Source: Candidatus Doriopsillibacter californiensis
GTDB taxonomy: Bacteria > Pseudomonadota > Gammaproteobacteria > Tethybacterales > Persebacteraceae
Direction: 5' to 3'
DNA: 64,000 nt
Assembly (NCBI GenBank): GCA_030386295.1
Contig: JANQAO010000004.1
Coordinates: 11,131-75,130 of the forward strand
Shown here: piece after piece, positions 20,540 to 30,367 of the stretch
Layout of the letters: every line of letters begins with the position of its first letter
Position numbering within the stretch: position 1 is the first letter of the stretch
Made by a program: the position numbers and the translations under genes
The notes under the pieces: model-generated
Databases searched by the model: none
Seen by the model: the letters and a program-made list of their open reading frames with translations, nothing else
What the model was told of the DNA's origin: nothing

Positions 20540-22000
20540 TCAAGGCTGACGGCGTGCCCATTTCATCAGGCTGTCTTGAAATTGTTTAGCCTGGTTGTTA
20601 TTTTGCTCTTCTGTTAGGCAAATAAAAAGTATATCTTGCCCAGCTTCATCGCGCAAAAAACCAGCAATAGATTTTACAGCCGCCAATGAGCCGGTTTTGA
20701 GATGGCCTTGCATAGGTAATTTTTTTAGACGTTTTCGTAATGTGCCATCTATTCCTAAAACGGGCAGGGAGGCAATCATTTCTGCGCGTAGTGGATGTGC
20801 CCACAAGTATTGCAGTAGTATTGCTATTTGCGCTGGCTGCACTCGCGTTTGTCGTGATAAGCCGCTGCCGTTGTCAACAAAAAAGCCACCACCACTTATA
20901 CCTCGTTCCGCCGCCCATTGATGAAAAGCCTCACGTGCTGTTGCTAAAGTGCGTGAGGTATTACTGTCGGCTAGCGATAAAAATAAATTTCGGGCAATAA
21001 CATTGTTGCTGAATTTGTTCATGCTGGTGATAGCTTGTGACAGCGGCGGGGACTCAAAAACTGTCAGCGTAACAGCCGTTGGCGGAACTTTTTCAATTCG
21101 CCACTGTCCGTTCCATTTTCCGCCCAACTGCTTCCACAGTGCACCAAAAACACCAGCGGCATTTGCTTCGTGGCTGAGTGCACTTATGTAAAAAGATTGT
21201 TGTCCACAACGCGGAGGAAAAATGCCTTTGAGTGATACGGTAATGCGAGTTTCGTTTCCTAGGTATCGCTCGCGAATTTTGTTGCGCCATGAAGAACATC
21301 TTCCCTTACCAGGGCGCAATTGATTATCAATGACAATATTGTCGTTAGGCGGATCAACATAAACGTGGATTTTTTTTTCTTGTGGTTGTAATACTATCTG
21401 TTGGGCATTGAAATTGACCGCCAGTGCACCGGCGCCAGCATTGTAAGACTTGAGCGGTGCACCGTCAAACGCTGAGGCGATGTGCGGTGGCAGATTAAAA
21501 AATGTGTTGTCAATTACCAATTGTCCATTAATCGTATGCAGCCCACGGTTACGTAAGTCGTGCAACAAAAGAAAAAAGTTTTCCAGTGTGATTTGTGGGT
21601 CGCCGCTACCAATGAGATACAAATCTCCTTGTAATATGCCGTCTTTAATTGCGCCGGTATGTGCAAATGTGGTTTCCCATCGGTGTGCGTGTCCGAGTAA
21701 ATCAATGGCCGCCACTGTGGTGAAAATCTTGACTGCTGACGCAGGATTAAATGCTTTTTCCGCCTGATACGACAATAACGGTTTGTCGTCTCCCACCCGT
21801 TGAATAACAATGCCAATTTTGTCGGTGCGGATGCGGTGTTTTTTTGCGAGTTGTTGAATGTCACGCGGCAACGGCGCGGCATTAACAGAAAAAACTGTTA
21901 GTGCTAGCAATCCTAGCAATAACCGGCAATAAAACAAACGAGAAAAAATAATCATGCGGAAGCTAGCGCTCAAGAGAATAAAAATGATGTGGAATAACAT
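20540..22000 (-). CDS. dacB: D-alanyl-D-alanine carboxypeptidase/endopeptidase (PBP4 family)
   Basis: Signal peptide, SxxK active site (ASAVKIF), and S13-peptidase architecture. An alternative start at 21955 (MIIFSRLF...) gives a cleaner signal peptide. Confidence 0.8.
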   Translation of the reverse strand: MLFHIIFILLSASFRMIIFSRLFYCRLLLGLLALTVFSVNAAPLPRDIQQLAKKHRIRTDKIGIVIQRVGDDKPLLSYQAEKAFNPASAVKIFTTVAAIDLLGHAHRWETTFAHTGAIKDGILQGDLYLIGSGDPQITLENFFLLLHDLRNRGLHTINGQLVIDNTFFNLPPHIASAFDGAPLKSYNAGAGALAVNFNAQQIVLQPQEKKIHVYVDPPNDNIVIDNQLRPGKGRCSSWRNKIRERYLGNETRITVSLKGIFPPRCGQQSFYISALSHEANAAGVFGALWKQLGGKWNGQWRIEKVPPTAVTLTVFESPPLSQAITSMNKFSNNVIARNLFLSLADSNTSRTLATAREAFHQWAAERGISGGGFFVDNGSGLSRQTRVQPAQIAILLQYLWAHPLRAEMIASLPVLGIDGTLRKRLKKLPMQGHLKTGSLAAVKSIAGFLRDEAGQDILFICLTEEQNNNQAKQFQDSLMKWARRQP

Positions 22001-22129
22001 GATTTTTTCAGAAATGATAATTTTTTGAAGGGGGAATAAACTCTGCGTTTTATATTTTTTATCATACTATTTCGGTGACTCAATGTAGGTAGTTTTATGG
22101 GAGGCTATTATTTGGTTGTGTATGGACAG

Positions 22130-22834
22130 TTAGCCGTCTATGTTTATGCCAGAATAGCCCACCAAAACTAATTTAAATACGTGCCCTTTGTCATCTATGT
22201 GTAGACGTACCGGCAGGAAATTTAGTGCTGGTGCTAACCAAAGTATACGCTCGCCGCGCTCACTGTGGCGGCGTAATGGCACCGCTTGCATCGTTCCCGC
22301 GCCGGTTTGCACGTCTTCTGCTGTTCCCGCTGTGTAGTTGTATGTTTTAAGCCGCCAGCCGTTGGTAGTTGGCGTTTTTCCGTCCACGACTCGCCCTAGT
22401 ACGTAGGAACGATACAGTGCGGTTAGATAATCAAACAGTGGTGCTTCCGTCTGCTCTTCGCGATTGTCATCACCGCGTTGGAGCAATAATGTGTCGGTGA
22501 CTTCGTTAAACACTGCTGATTGCGGTTTTTTCTTTCCGCGGGTTTCGCTATAGCGATGCATTTGCAGTCCGTGAATTTCATCTAATCTCCCTTGGCTTTC
22601 ACGATTAACATCGCCGTGTAAAAGTTTGGCTAGACCGACGGAGGCAGCATGGCTGCGTAGCGTATAGGTGCCATCTGCTGCGGGCATAAAAGTGTCGGTT
22701 GTGTTGGCAATTTTGATATCGTTATAAAAAAAATCAAAGCGTAACGTAACCGCCGTCGGAGTTTGAGCTGTGGCAATTGCTGATAACACACAAGTTATTG
22801 TCGTCATTGCAGCTAACCACAGATGTCGCATCAT
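22130..22834 (-). CDS. secreted hypothetical protein (DUF3108-like)
   Basis: 234 aa with a signal peptide. Overlaps purN by 4 nt. Position downstream of purM-purN matches the DUF3108 gene in Pseudomonas-type genomes. The assignment is by synteny, and the synteny is recalled from memory. Confidence 0.45.
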   Translation of the reverse strand: MMRHLWLAAMTTITCVLSAIATAQTPTAVTLRFDFFYNDIKIANTTDTFMPAADGTYTLRSHAASVGLAKLLHGDVNRESQGRLDEIHGLQMHRYSETRGKKKPQSAVFNEVTDTLLLQRGDDNREEQTEAPLFDYLTALYRSYVLGRVVDGKTPTTNGWRLKTYNYTAGTAEDVQTGAGTMQAVPLRRHSERGERILWLAPALNFLPVRLHIDDKGHVFKLVLVGYSGINIDG

Positions 22835-23397
22835 GTCGCCAACAAATCGGCTAATACTGCTGGATATAGCCGGTGTTCTTCCGCTAGCACTCGCGCTGCT
22901 AGCGTGTCGGCGGTATCGTCAACTCGCACCGGCACTTTTTTCTGGGCGATAATGCCGCCGGCGTCTATTTCTTCTATAACCCAATGTACGGTGCAGCCGT
23001 GTTCTTTCTCTCCCGCCGCCAAGGCGCGTTCATGCGTGCGTAACCCGGGGAAATTTGGCAGTAATGACGGATGAATATTAACTATGCGCCCGGCAAAAGA
23101 TTGCACTATGGTTGGAGTGAGTATGCACATAAAGCCGGCTAAGGCGATTATTTTTGGCGCAATGGCTTGCAATAATTCCACCAATTTTTCTTCAAATTCA
23201 GCAACGACGGAAAAATCTGCTGCCGCCACTACGTAGGTGTCTATACCGGCTTTTTGTGCAATATCTAAGCCGCTGGCGTTGGGGTCGTCACTGATGACGG
23301 AGATGACTTGCGCACCAACAGGCGATTTCAAAATGGCTTGTAAATTGCTTCCACGCCCGGAAATTAGTACAACCAAGCCTTCACCCATAGAACTCAC
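22831..23397 (-). CDS. purN: phosphoribosylglycinamide formyltransferase
   Basis: 188 aa formyl-transferase-domain protein. It follows purM with a 4-nt overlap. Confidence 0.9.
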   Translation of the reverse strand: MSSMGEGLVVLISGRGSNLQAILKSPVGAQVISVISDDPNASGLDIAQKAGIDTYVVAAADFSVVAEFEEKLVELLQAIAPKIIALAGFMCILTPTIVQSFAGRIVNIHPSLLPNFPGLRTHERALAAGEKEHGCTVHWVIEEIDAGGIIAQKKVPVRVDDTADTLAARVLAEEHRLYPAVLADLLAT

Positions 23398-24434
23398 GAT
23401 TCAAAGAGCACGTGTGGTTTGCCACTGTTGGCAACAACTGTGCCCAGCCGCCATGCCGTTTCACCGTTTTCTTGCAAGCAGGAGAGGGCAAGCGACGATT
23501 TTTTTTCGGCAACCACAGCGACCATGCCAATGCCGCAGTTAAAGACCCGCCACATTTCATCTTCACTAATTTCTCCAGCCGTTTTTAGCCAGTTAAATAA
23601 TCTCGAACGTGGGTGAGCGGCAGTATTAACTTGTGCCGCAGTATCTTGTGGCAGTGTCCGTGGGAGATTTTCCACCAAGCCACCGCCGGTAATGTGTGCT
23701 AATCCGTGTAGCTGACAAACTGCCGACAGCGCGCCGATACTTTGACAATATATACGCGTAGGGTACAGTAATTCTTCATGCAACCATTTTTGCTCAGATT
23801 CTATTGGTGGTGTTTGTTTGAGAATATGGCGGATGAGTGAATAACCATTGCTGTGGGCGCCGGAAGATGCTATGGCAATAAGTGCATCGCCAACTTGTAC
23901 CGCTTGTGGGCGAATAATCGCTGATTCGTCAACCATGCCCACTGCAAAACCAGCAACGTCAAATTTGTCTGTGTCATAAACGCCGGGCATTTCGGCAGTT
24001 TCGCCACCAACTAGTGCGCAGTTGGCTTGCCGACAACCTTCGGCCACGCCTGTTACCACGCGGGCTGCTGCCGTCGGTGATAATTTTCCACAGGCGTAAT
24101 AATCTAAAAAAAAGAGCGGCTGTGCGCCGCCGCACAAGAGGTCGTTTACACACATTGCCACCACGTCAATACCTGCTGTCTCCAGCCGGTCGTGCTGGGT
24201 AAGCAATTCTACTTTGGTGCCCACTCCGTCGGTGGATGCCATCAGCACTGGATTTTTGATGTTTGCTGGTGGTCGCAAAGCGGCAGCAAAACCGCCCAAC
24301 CCAGACAGTAGCGCGGCACCTTTGGTTGCTAGTGTCTGTTCTCCCGCCGCAATATGCGGCCGCAAGCGCGACACTAATTCGTTGCCAGCGTCAATATCCA
24401 CTCCGGCAGTGCGGTATTTATTTGTTTCGTTCAT
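23394..24434 (-). CDS. purM: phosphoribosylformylglycinamidine cyclo-ligase
   Basis: 346 aa AIR-synthase-family protein collinear with E. coli PurM. Confidence 0.9.
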   Translation of the reverse strand: MNETNKYRTAGVDIDAGNELVSRLRPHIAAGEQTLATKGAALLSGLGGFAAALRPPANIKNPVLMASTDGVGTKVELLTQHDRLETAGIDVVAMCVNDLLCGGAQPLFFLDYYACGKLSPTAAARVVTGVAEGCRQANCALVGGETAEMPGVYDTDKFDVAGFAVGMVDESAIIRPQAVQVGDALIAIASSGAHSNGYSLIRHILKQTPPIESEQKWLHEELLYPTRIYCQSIGALSAVCQLHGLAHITGGGLVENLPRTLPQDTAAQVNTAAHPRSRLFNWLKTAGEISEDEMWRVFNCGIGMVAVVAEKKSSLALSCLQENGETAWRLGTVVANSGKPHVLFES

Positions 24435-24484
24435 CGTTTCTGCGGTATTATTATAGATTTTAACCCACGCACGCTTGTCTGACG

Positions 24485-25546
24485 ATGAATACTTTCCGAT
24501 TATTTGTTTTTACTGCCGTTGGTGGCATGTTATTATGGCTATTGAGTGCTGCCGGCTCAGTGTTAGCACCATTCTTACTGGGAGCGGTTATCGCCTACAT
24601 TTTGTCGCCGTTGGCAAATAAAATGGAGGCTAAAAATATTAAGCCCGCATTGTCGGCGGCGTTGCTGGTTTTACTGGTTTTTGTTTTTCTTTTGGCGTTG
24701 CCGTTGGCATTAATTCCGGTAATTATTTCGCAATTGGCAGGCATTATCGCCTTGTTACCCGAATTGGTAGAGCGTGCTGGTGGTTGGTTGGGCGATGCAC
24801 AGCCGTATGTGGTGGAACAGTTGCAGGTGTTGGATTTGACTGATGTTGCCCGTCAAGCTGCAGGTACCATAGAAGCCAAAGATGCCGCTGGCGTGGCAAG
24901 TGCTATTGCCAACTTTTTTGGAAAAGGACTGGCGGCAGTGGTGGGCTTTTTTTCGCTGTTACTTATTACACCACTCACGGCTTTTTATTTTTTGTGCGAC
25001 CGAAAAATTATTGCCGGCGAACTTACCGATTCGTTGCCACCGCGATGGCGCGATAAAACCTTGCTTGTTTTGCAGGATTTAGACAATGTGTTGGGCGAAT
25101 TTTTGCACGGTCAACTGCTGGTAATGTTGGTGATGGGCAGTGTCTATAGTTTGGTTCTAAGCATTGCCGGGCTGGATTTTGCTATAACAATTGGTCTTGT
25201 AAGCGGTATGTTGGTGTTTTTGCCCTACGTGGGTTTTATTATCGGGCTGGTGCTAGCAACCGTGGCGGCCATCGGGCAATTTGAATCTTGGGCTAATTTA
25301 GTGTTGTTGTGGTTGTTGATGGGAGCTAGCACAGCATTAGAAAGTTTTTTTATTACGCCATGGCTAGTAGGTGAACGTATCGGGCTACATCCGGTTTTTG
25401 TACTGTTGGCGGTGCTGGTGATGGGTAGTTTGCTTGGATTTGTCGGTGTGTTGGTGGCATTGCCGCTAGCAGCGGTTTTGCTGGTACTTTCTCGTCATCT
25501 GCGGCGGTATTATATTGAGAGCGATTTTTATGGGCGGAATTCATAG
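24485..25546 (+). CDS. AI-2E family transporter (PerM-like permease)
   Basis: 353 aa with about 8 TM helices and AI-2E-family topology. It is divergent from purM. Confidence 0.8.
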   Translation: MNTFRLFVFTAVGGMLLWLLSAAGSVLAPFLLGAVIAYILSPLANKMEAKNIKPALSAALLVLLVFVFLLALPLALIPVIISQLAGIIALLPELVERAGGWLGDAQPYVVEQLQVLDLTDVARQAAGTIEAKDAAGVASAIANFFGKGLAAVVGFFSLLLITPLTAFYFLCDRKIIAGELTDSLPPRWRDKTLLVLQDLDNVLGEFLHGQLLVMLVMGSVYSLVLSIAGLDFAITIGLVSGMLVFLPYVGFIIGLVLATVAAIGQFESWANLVLLWLLMGASTALESFFITPWLVGERIGLHPVFVLLAVLVMGSLLGFVGVLVALPLAAVLLVLSRHLRRYYIESDFYGRNS

Positions 25547-26228
25547 CAAGCTGCTGCCATTTGCGCCGCCGCCGCCTGAATTTGATGATTTTGTGGAAGG
25601 GGAAAACCGTCAGGCGCTGCGAGCGGTGCGGGCGCTGATTAATAACCAATCTTCAACACAGTCAGTGTATTTATGGGGTGGCGGTGGCTGTGGAAAAACA
25701 TATTTATTGCGGGTGGCTGTAACCGCAGCGCGGCGCAACGGAGGGCGCGCTTTCTTTTGTGCGGGTGACGTTGATATACCGCCACCGATGCCGGGGTTTT
25801 TGGCGACAGATGATATTCACTTGCTCAATGCTACCTCTGCACTGAGCTTGTTTGATTGGTTTAATGTACTGCGGCAAGATAGTGGCTACTATATTTTGGC
25901 TTCCGGTGACGCGCCAGTAAATCAAATAACGTCCATTGGTAGCGAGTTGGCAGCACGGCTGGCTGCTGGCTTGGTATTTCATTTGCGTGAGCTGTCCGAC
26001 GATGAAAAAGGTAGAGCGCTGGCGCGTTATGCTGAACGCCGCGGCTTTGTTTTACCTCAAGGAGTGTCAGCGCTTTTTCTTACTCGTCTGCCGAGAGATA
26101 TGACAAGTTTAATTACGGCACTGGTTGATTTGGATCATTTTTTGTTGAATAAACAAAAGCCACTTACATTGTCGCTGGCGCATCAATGGTTGAAACACTG
26201 GCATAGCGATGGTGCTCTATCTGATTAA
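25530..26228 (+). CDS. hda: DnaA regulatory inactivator Hda
   Basis: A short, truncated DnaA-type AAA+ module with the GGGGCGKTYLL P-loop, consistent with Hda. The purM / AI-2E / hda neighbourhood matches Pseudomonas-type synteny. The ATG at 25530 is preferred over the TTG at 25515. Confidence 0.75.
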   Translation: MGGIHSKLLPFAPPPPEFDDFVEGENRQALRAVRALINNQSSTQSVYLWGGGGCGKTYLLRVAVTAARRNGGRAFFCAGDVDIPPPMPGFLATDDIHLLNATSALSLFDWFNVLRQDSGYYILASGDAPVNQITSIGSELAARLAAGLVFHLRELSDDEKGRALARYAERRGFVLPQGVSALFLTRLPRDMTSLITALVDLDHFLLNKQKPLTLSLAHQWLKHWHSDGALSD

Positions 26229-26340
26229 CCGCAAACGATAGTTGCACATTATTTATTTTTTGCGCAGAAGTAAGAGATACACGACTTTCATTTTTCTAAA
26301 ATTAGGGTTGCAAAATGAGAGGTAATAAAAAACAATTTAG

Positions 26341-27390
26341 CTAGGAAATAAAAATGCCATTACCTTCTTCCATATGAGCGACGACACATGCGACAGTGCT
26401 GCCATTTTTGCGTAGCGAGGCGATTACTTTTTTTGTGGCGGTAGGAGCGCAGGCAATAAGCAATCCGCCGGCAGTTTGTGGATCGGTGAGCAAAGTGCGT
26501 TGCCATTGCTCAAAATTACCATGGATGTCATTGCCGTAACTTTGCCAATTACGTGTTGACGCTCCGGTTGCTGCACCATCTTGTGCTAGTTGGCGCGCAC
26601 GTTCAAAACATGGTACCGCTGCTGAATTTAAATGCGCTTGACAGTTTGAAGCTTTGCACATTTCTAACATGTGTCCCAGCAAGCCAAAACCGGTTACGTC
26701 GGTCATGGCGTGAACACCGTCAATGGTTGCTAATTCTGTACCGGCACTGTTGAGTTGAGTCATACTTTCCACCATTTGCGCATAATCACTTTCGGTCAAT
26801 TCGCTCTTTTTGTGCGCGGCACTCATCAACCCGACGCCCAAAGATTTTCCCAGTATTACGGTATCGCCGACTTTTGCGCCGCCATTAGTGAGAATGTGAT
26901 TTGGGTGTGCTTGCCCCAGCACTGCCAGTCCATATAGCGGTTCCGCTGTGTCAATGGAATGTCCGCCGGCAATCACTACTCCCGCTGCTCGGCAAGTTTC
27001 GCGACCGCCAGCCAATATATTTGCGATATCCTTTGAAGAAATTTTGTTGCGTGGCATGGCAGTAAGTGCTAGTGCGAGCAATGGGCGCGCTCCCATCGCA
27101 TAAATGTCGGATAGTGCATTGGTGGCGGCAATACGACCAAAGTCGCGCGGGGAATCTACCATTGGAGCAAAAAAATCGGCAGTGGCGGCGATAGCGCAAT
27201 CATTATTTAACTGCCACACGGCAGCATCATCGGCGCCATCCGAACCCACCAGTAGTGCCTCCGGTGTGTCCATAGGCGCTATTATGCCGGCTTGATCAAG
27301 AATGTCACGTAATTGACGTGGGGCTATTTTGCAACCGCATCCGCCAGTGGTGGCTAATGTCGTTAAGCGCGTTTTATAATCTGTGGTCAT
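26341..27390 (-). CDS. selD: selenide, water dikinase (Cys form)
   Basis: Collinear with E. coli SelD. The N-terminus has GGCGCKIAP, so Cys sits at the Sec/Cys position. Matches the AIR-synthase-like fold. Confidence 0.9.
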   Translation of the reverse strand: MTTDYKTRLTTLATTGGCGCKIAPRQLRDILDQAGIIAPMDTPEALLVGSDGADDAAVWQLNNDCAIAATADFFAPMVDSPRDFGRIAATNALSDIYAMGARPLLALALTAMPRNKISSKDIANILAGGRETCRAAGVVIAGGHSIDTAEPLYGLAVLGQAHPNHILTNGGAKVGDTVILGKSLGVGLMSAAHKKSELTESDYAQMVESMTQLNSAGTELATIDGVHAMTDVTGFGLLGHMLEMCKASNCQAHLNSAAVPCFERARQLAQDGAATGASTRNWQSYGNDIHGNFEQWQRTLLTDPQTAGGLLIACAPTATKKVIASLRKNGSTVACVVAHMEEGNGIFIS

Positions 27391-28438
27391 GAATTATCCT
27401 TGGCATGGATTTGACGAAATTATAGATGTTCGTTCACCAAAAGAATATACCGAAGATTGTATTCCGGGTGCGGTTAATCTTCCGGCGCTTTCTGATGCTG
27501 AGCGCGCTGCCGTTGGCACCATGCACAAAAATTCGCCATTCGCCGCTCGTCGTTATGGTGCTGGGTTGTTGGCAGCTAATTTGGCGGCATACTTGCAAAC
27601 GCATATGCTGGAGCGTCCAGCAACGTGGCGGCCTTTGGTGTATTGTTGGCGCGGAGGTCAGCGCAGTGGGGCTGTAGTAGATGTGTTGCAACGCATTGGC
27701 TGGAAAGCACAGCAGTTATCGGGCGGTTATAAAGCGTACCGGCACGAAATAATCAATGGCATTGCACTGCTTGCGGCGCGTCCGTCGTGGCGAGTGCTTA
27801 CCGGTAAAACCGGCGTTGGCAAAACGCGCCTATTAGCGGTGTTGCGTCAATTGGGCGCTACGGTCGTGGACTTAGAGGCACTTGCCGAGCACCGTGGTTC
27901 AGCTTTTGGTAGGTTGAGCGAGCAGCCATCTCAGCGTCAATTTGAGAGTCGGTTGTTTACAGCATTGATAAATTTGCCAACTGATGGACCAGTATTTGTA
28001 GAGGCGGAAAGCCGTAAAATCGGTTGTATTCACTTGCCGCAGCCATTGCTGATTGCCTTGCGAGCCGCTCCCACTATGCAAATTAAGGCTGAATTGATAT
28101 ACCGCACAACACATATTATTAATGATTATCAGGAAATGAGAGAAGATGCCGCCTTTGCCTCTGCTATGGAAGTTGTTGGCAAATATATGGAGCGACAGCG
28201 GCTCGCACAGTGGTGTAGGTGGCAGCAAGCTGGAGAGTGGGAACAACTGGTGGCTGATTTACTGGTGTCGTTTTATGATGTGGGTTACCGACAATCACTC
28301 AGTACTAATTATGCGGCCACTGGTGATTGTTACCATGTTAACCCCAATGACAATGAATCGCTGGAAGAGGTGGCGCGGGCACTTATTGCCCATAGCACTA
28401 CTCAACATTTCAGCAGTGATAAGATAGAGGTATGTTAA
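27389..28438 (+). CDS. selU: tRNA 2-selenouridine synthase (SelU/MnmH)
   Basis: N-terminal rhodanese domain (IIDVRSP...CWRGGQRS) followed by a P-loop (GKTGVGKT). Collinear with E. coli YbbB. The ATG at 27389 is preferred to the GTG at 27383. Confidence 0.85.
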   Translation: MNYPWHGFDEIIDVRSPKEYTEDCIPGAVNLPALSDAERAAVGTMHKNSPFAARRYGAGLLAANLAAYLQTHMLERPATWRPLVYCWRGGQRSGAVVDVLQRIGWKAQQLSGGYKAYRHEIINGIALLAARPSWRVLTGKTGVGKTRLLAVLRQLGATVVDLEALAEHRGSAFGRLSEQPSQRQFESRLFTALINLPTDGPVFVEAESRKIGCIHLPQPLLIALRAAPTMQIKAELIYRTTHIINDYQEMREDAAFASAMEVVGKYMERQRLAQWCRWQQAGEWEQLVADLLVSFYDVGYRQSLSTNYAATGDCYHVNPNDNESLEEVARALIAHSTTQHFSSDKIEVC

Positions 28439-28920
28439 TCGCTTCTACTTTATCTGCTGTTACTAATGCTCGTCTTACGATGACACAACGGCAGCGATTG
28501 CGTCCTCATGTTGGTAGAGTGGTCGCGTTGGAAGCTGGAACTTTGCGGTTATGTTTTCGTCTGAATGCTGATGGATGTTGTCATCCTTTATCGTCGCTGG
28601 TGGAGGCAGATGTCACCATGCGTTGGCAGCCAGCAGCTGCCGGTAAGCATTTTCATGTTGCTGGCGATGCAGCACTGTTGCGGGATGTAGGTGATGTGTT
28701 GCAGGAAGCATTGCCGCAATGGAACGATTTGCCAGGTGGTGAAGATGGTGTTACAGCAAAAGGGTTGCGGCGAGCAGGTGGTGTGTTGTCACGACAATGG
28801 GCACAACTGGCACCAAATGCTGTTGCCGTTAATGACTTTAATGATCAAGTTCGACAATTTGAACGGCGTTGCCGAAAATTGACTCAAACGGTGGCTACAG
28901 TAGAATCCGCATATGACTGA
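28432..28920 (+). CDS. SCP2-domain protein resembling ubiquinone biosynthesis accessory factor UbiJ (UbiT-like)
   Basis: 162 aa. The N-terminal pattern TNARL..RQRLRPHVGRVVALEAGTLRLCF parallels E. coli UbiJ NTFLYRSPALKTARSRLLGKVLRVEVKGFST. Similarity is judged by eye only. Confidence 0.4.
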   Translation: MLIASTLSAVTNARLTMTQRQRLRPHVGRVVALEAGTLRLCFRLNADGCCHPLSSLVEADVTMRWQPAAAGKHFHVAGDAALLRDVGDVLQEALPQWNDLPGGEDGVTAKGLRRAGGVLSRQWAQLAPNAVAVNDFNDQVRQFERRCRKLTQTVATVESAYD

Positions 28921-29449
28921 GCGCGTTATTAAAAAATATTCTAATCGGCGGTTGTACGACACTTTACAAAGTCGCTATATCACCTTAAATGAACTCAAAG
29001 CAATGGTAGTAAACGGCGAAAAGTTCCGTATTTGCGAGTCTAAAACCAACGAAGATCTTACATGTGCTACGCTTTTACAGGTGTTGCTGTCCGAAGAAGG
29101 CGACAAAAAACCAGTGTTTTCAGAAAGCAGTCTGCGCAATCTGGTGGTCTTTATGAATGGCCCGATGCGAGGACCTATGTCTATTTATTTGGAGCAGTGC
29201 TTGCCAATTTTTGTGGAAGCGCAAAGCAAGCTGGAAGAAAGATTTGGTTCGTCACTGGGAGCTTCCGAAATAGAAAATATCGCCGTTTTGCAAAGCAAAA
29301 TGACGCGACAGATATTGGAACAATATGTGTTTCACGGGATTGAAAATTTTCTTGGTGCGCAACAGCAAATGCAGCAGAACATGAAAGACATGATGACAGG
29401 AAATATGTTTGGAATGCCTAATTTTTTCAAGCCTCCAGATAAGGAATAG
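28913..29449 (+). CDS. phaR: polyhydroxyalkanoate synthesis repressor PhaR
   Basis: N-terminal KKYSNRRLYDT motif (PHB_acc_N DNA-binding domain) plus the C-terminal PHB_acc region. Confidence 0.8.
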   Translation: MTERVIKKYSNRRLYDTLQSRYITLNELKAMVVNGEKFRICESKTNEDLTCATLLQVLLSEEGDKKPVFSESSLRNLVVFMNGPMRGPMSIYLEQCLPIFVEAQSKLEERFGSSLGASEIENIAVLQSKMTRQILEQYVFHGIENFLGAQQQMQQNMKDMMTGNMFGMPNFFKPPDKE

Positions 29450-29626
29450 CTGCAGAATTGCGACAAATAAAGAGCAACCTACTGCTTTTGAATGTTAGCG
29501 ATTCCAACAATACCGATTTGCGTCGTTCCTTCAAATGATTACCTTTATTCACCTAGCTTTATTGAGTGTAGGTAGAATGAGTGTTTGTTTCTTATAATCG
29601 TGGGGCGCAGAGCATTTTTCATACTT

Positions 29627-30367
29627 ATGAGTGGTAACGATACAGCGGATTTTGGCTTTTCTGACGTGGCAGCGGATCGCAAAGCGGCGCTGGTGGGTAG
29701 TGTTTTTTCACAAGTTGCGCCGTACTATGATCGGATGAATGATGTTATGTCATTGGGGCTGCATCGGTTATGGAAAAATGCTGCTGTTGCAGTTGCCGCC
29801 GTTCGTCCGGGAATGAAAGTGTTGGATCTGGCTTGTGGCAGTGGTGATTTGGCGGCACGGTTGTTGCCACAAGTGGCACCGCATGGAAAAGTAACATTAG
29901 CAGATATCAACGCTAATATGTTAGCTGGAGCGCGTGCGCGGCTGCGTGGTCATTTGGATGCACGTTATACCCGCTGTAATGGCGAGTCATTGCCATTTTC
30001 CTCTTGCAGCTTTGACCGCGTACTTATTGGTTTTGGCTTGCGTAATGTTACGCAGCGCGAGACAGCGCTTGCTGAAATGTACCGCGTGTTGCGCCCTGGC
30101 GGATTGTGTCTGATTATGGAGTTCTCTCCGCCACAAGGGATATTGGCGCCGTTACAGCGTCATTATCTGACCGCTATTCTGCCGCGATTGGGAAAACGCA
30201 TTGCCAACGACACCGATAGCTACCGTTATTTGGGTGAGTCTATTTTACGTTTTCCTGACCGTCACCGATTGAGCTCCATGATGGAAGTTGTCGGATTTTC
30301 GCGAGTGCAATGGCTTAATGTTGCCGCTGGGGCAGTCATGTTGCATTACGGTCGTCGGCTTTCCTAA
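29627..30367 (+). CDS. ubiE: ubiquinone/menaquinone biosynthesis C-methyltransferase
   Basis: Collinear with E. coli UbiE, including HFGF, YDxMNDxMSxGxHRLWK, VLDLACGSGD, GFGLRNVT and DSYRYLxESI. Confidence 0.9.
   Translation: MSGNDTADFGFSDVAADRKAALVGSVFSQVAPYYDRMNDVMSLGLHRLWKNAAVAVAAVRPGMKVLDLACGSGDLAARLLPQVAPHGKVTLADINANMLAGARARLRGHLDARYTRCNGESLPFSSCSFDRVLIGFGLRNVTQRETALAEMYRVLRPGGLCLIMEFSPPQGILAPLQRHYLTAILPRLGKRIANDTDSYRYLGESILRFPDRHRLSSMMEVVGFSRVQWLNVAAGAVMLHYGRRLS

Noticed and set aside
26341-27390. Possible in-frame UGA selenocysteine codon in selD
   Set aside because: The position equivalent to E. coli Cys17 reads GGCGCK with a normal Cys codon and the ORF is uninterrupted. This is the Cys form of SelD.
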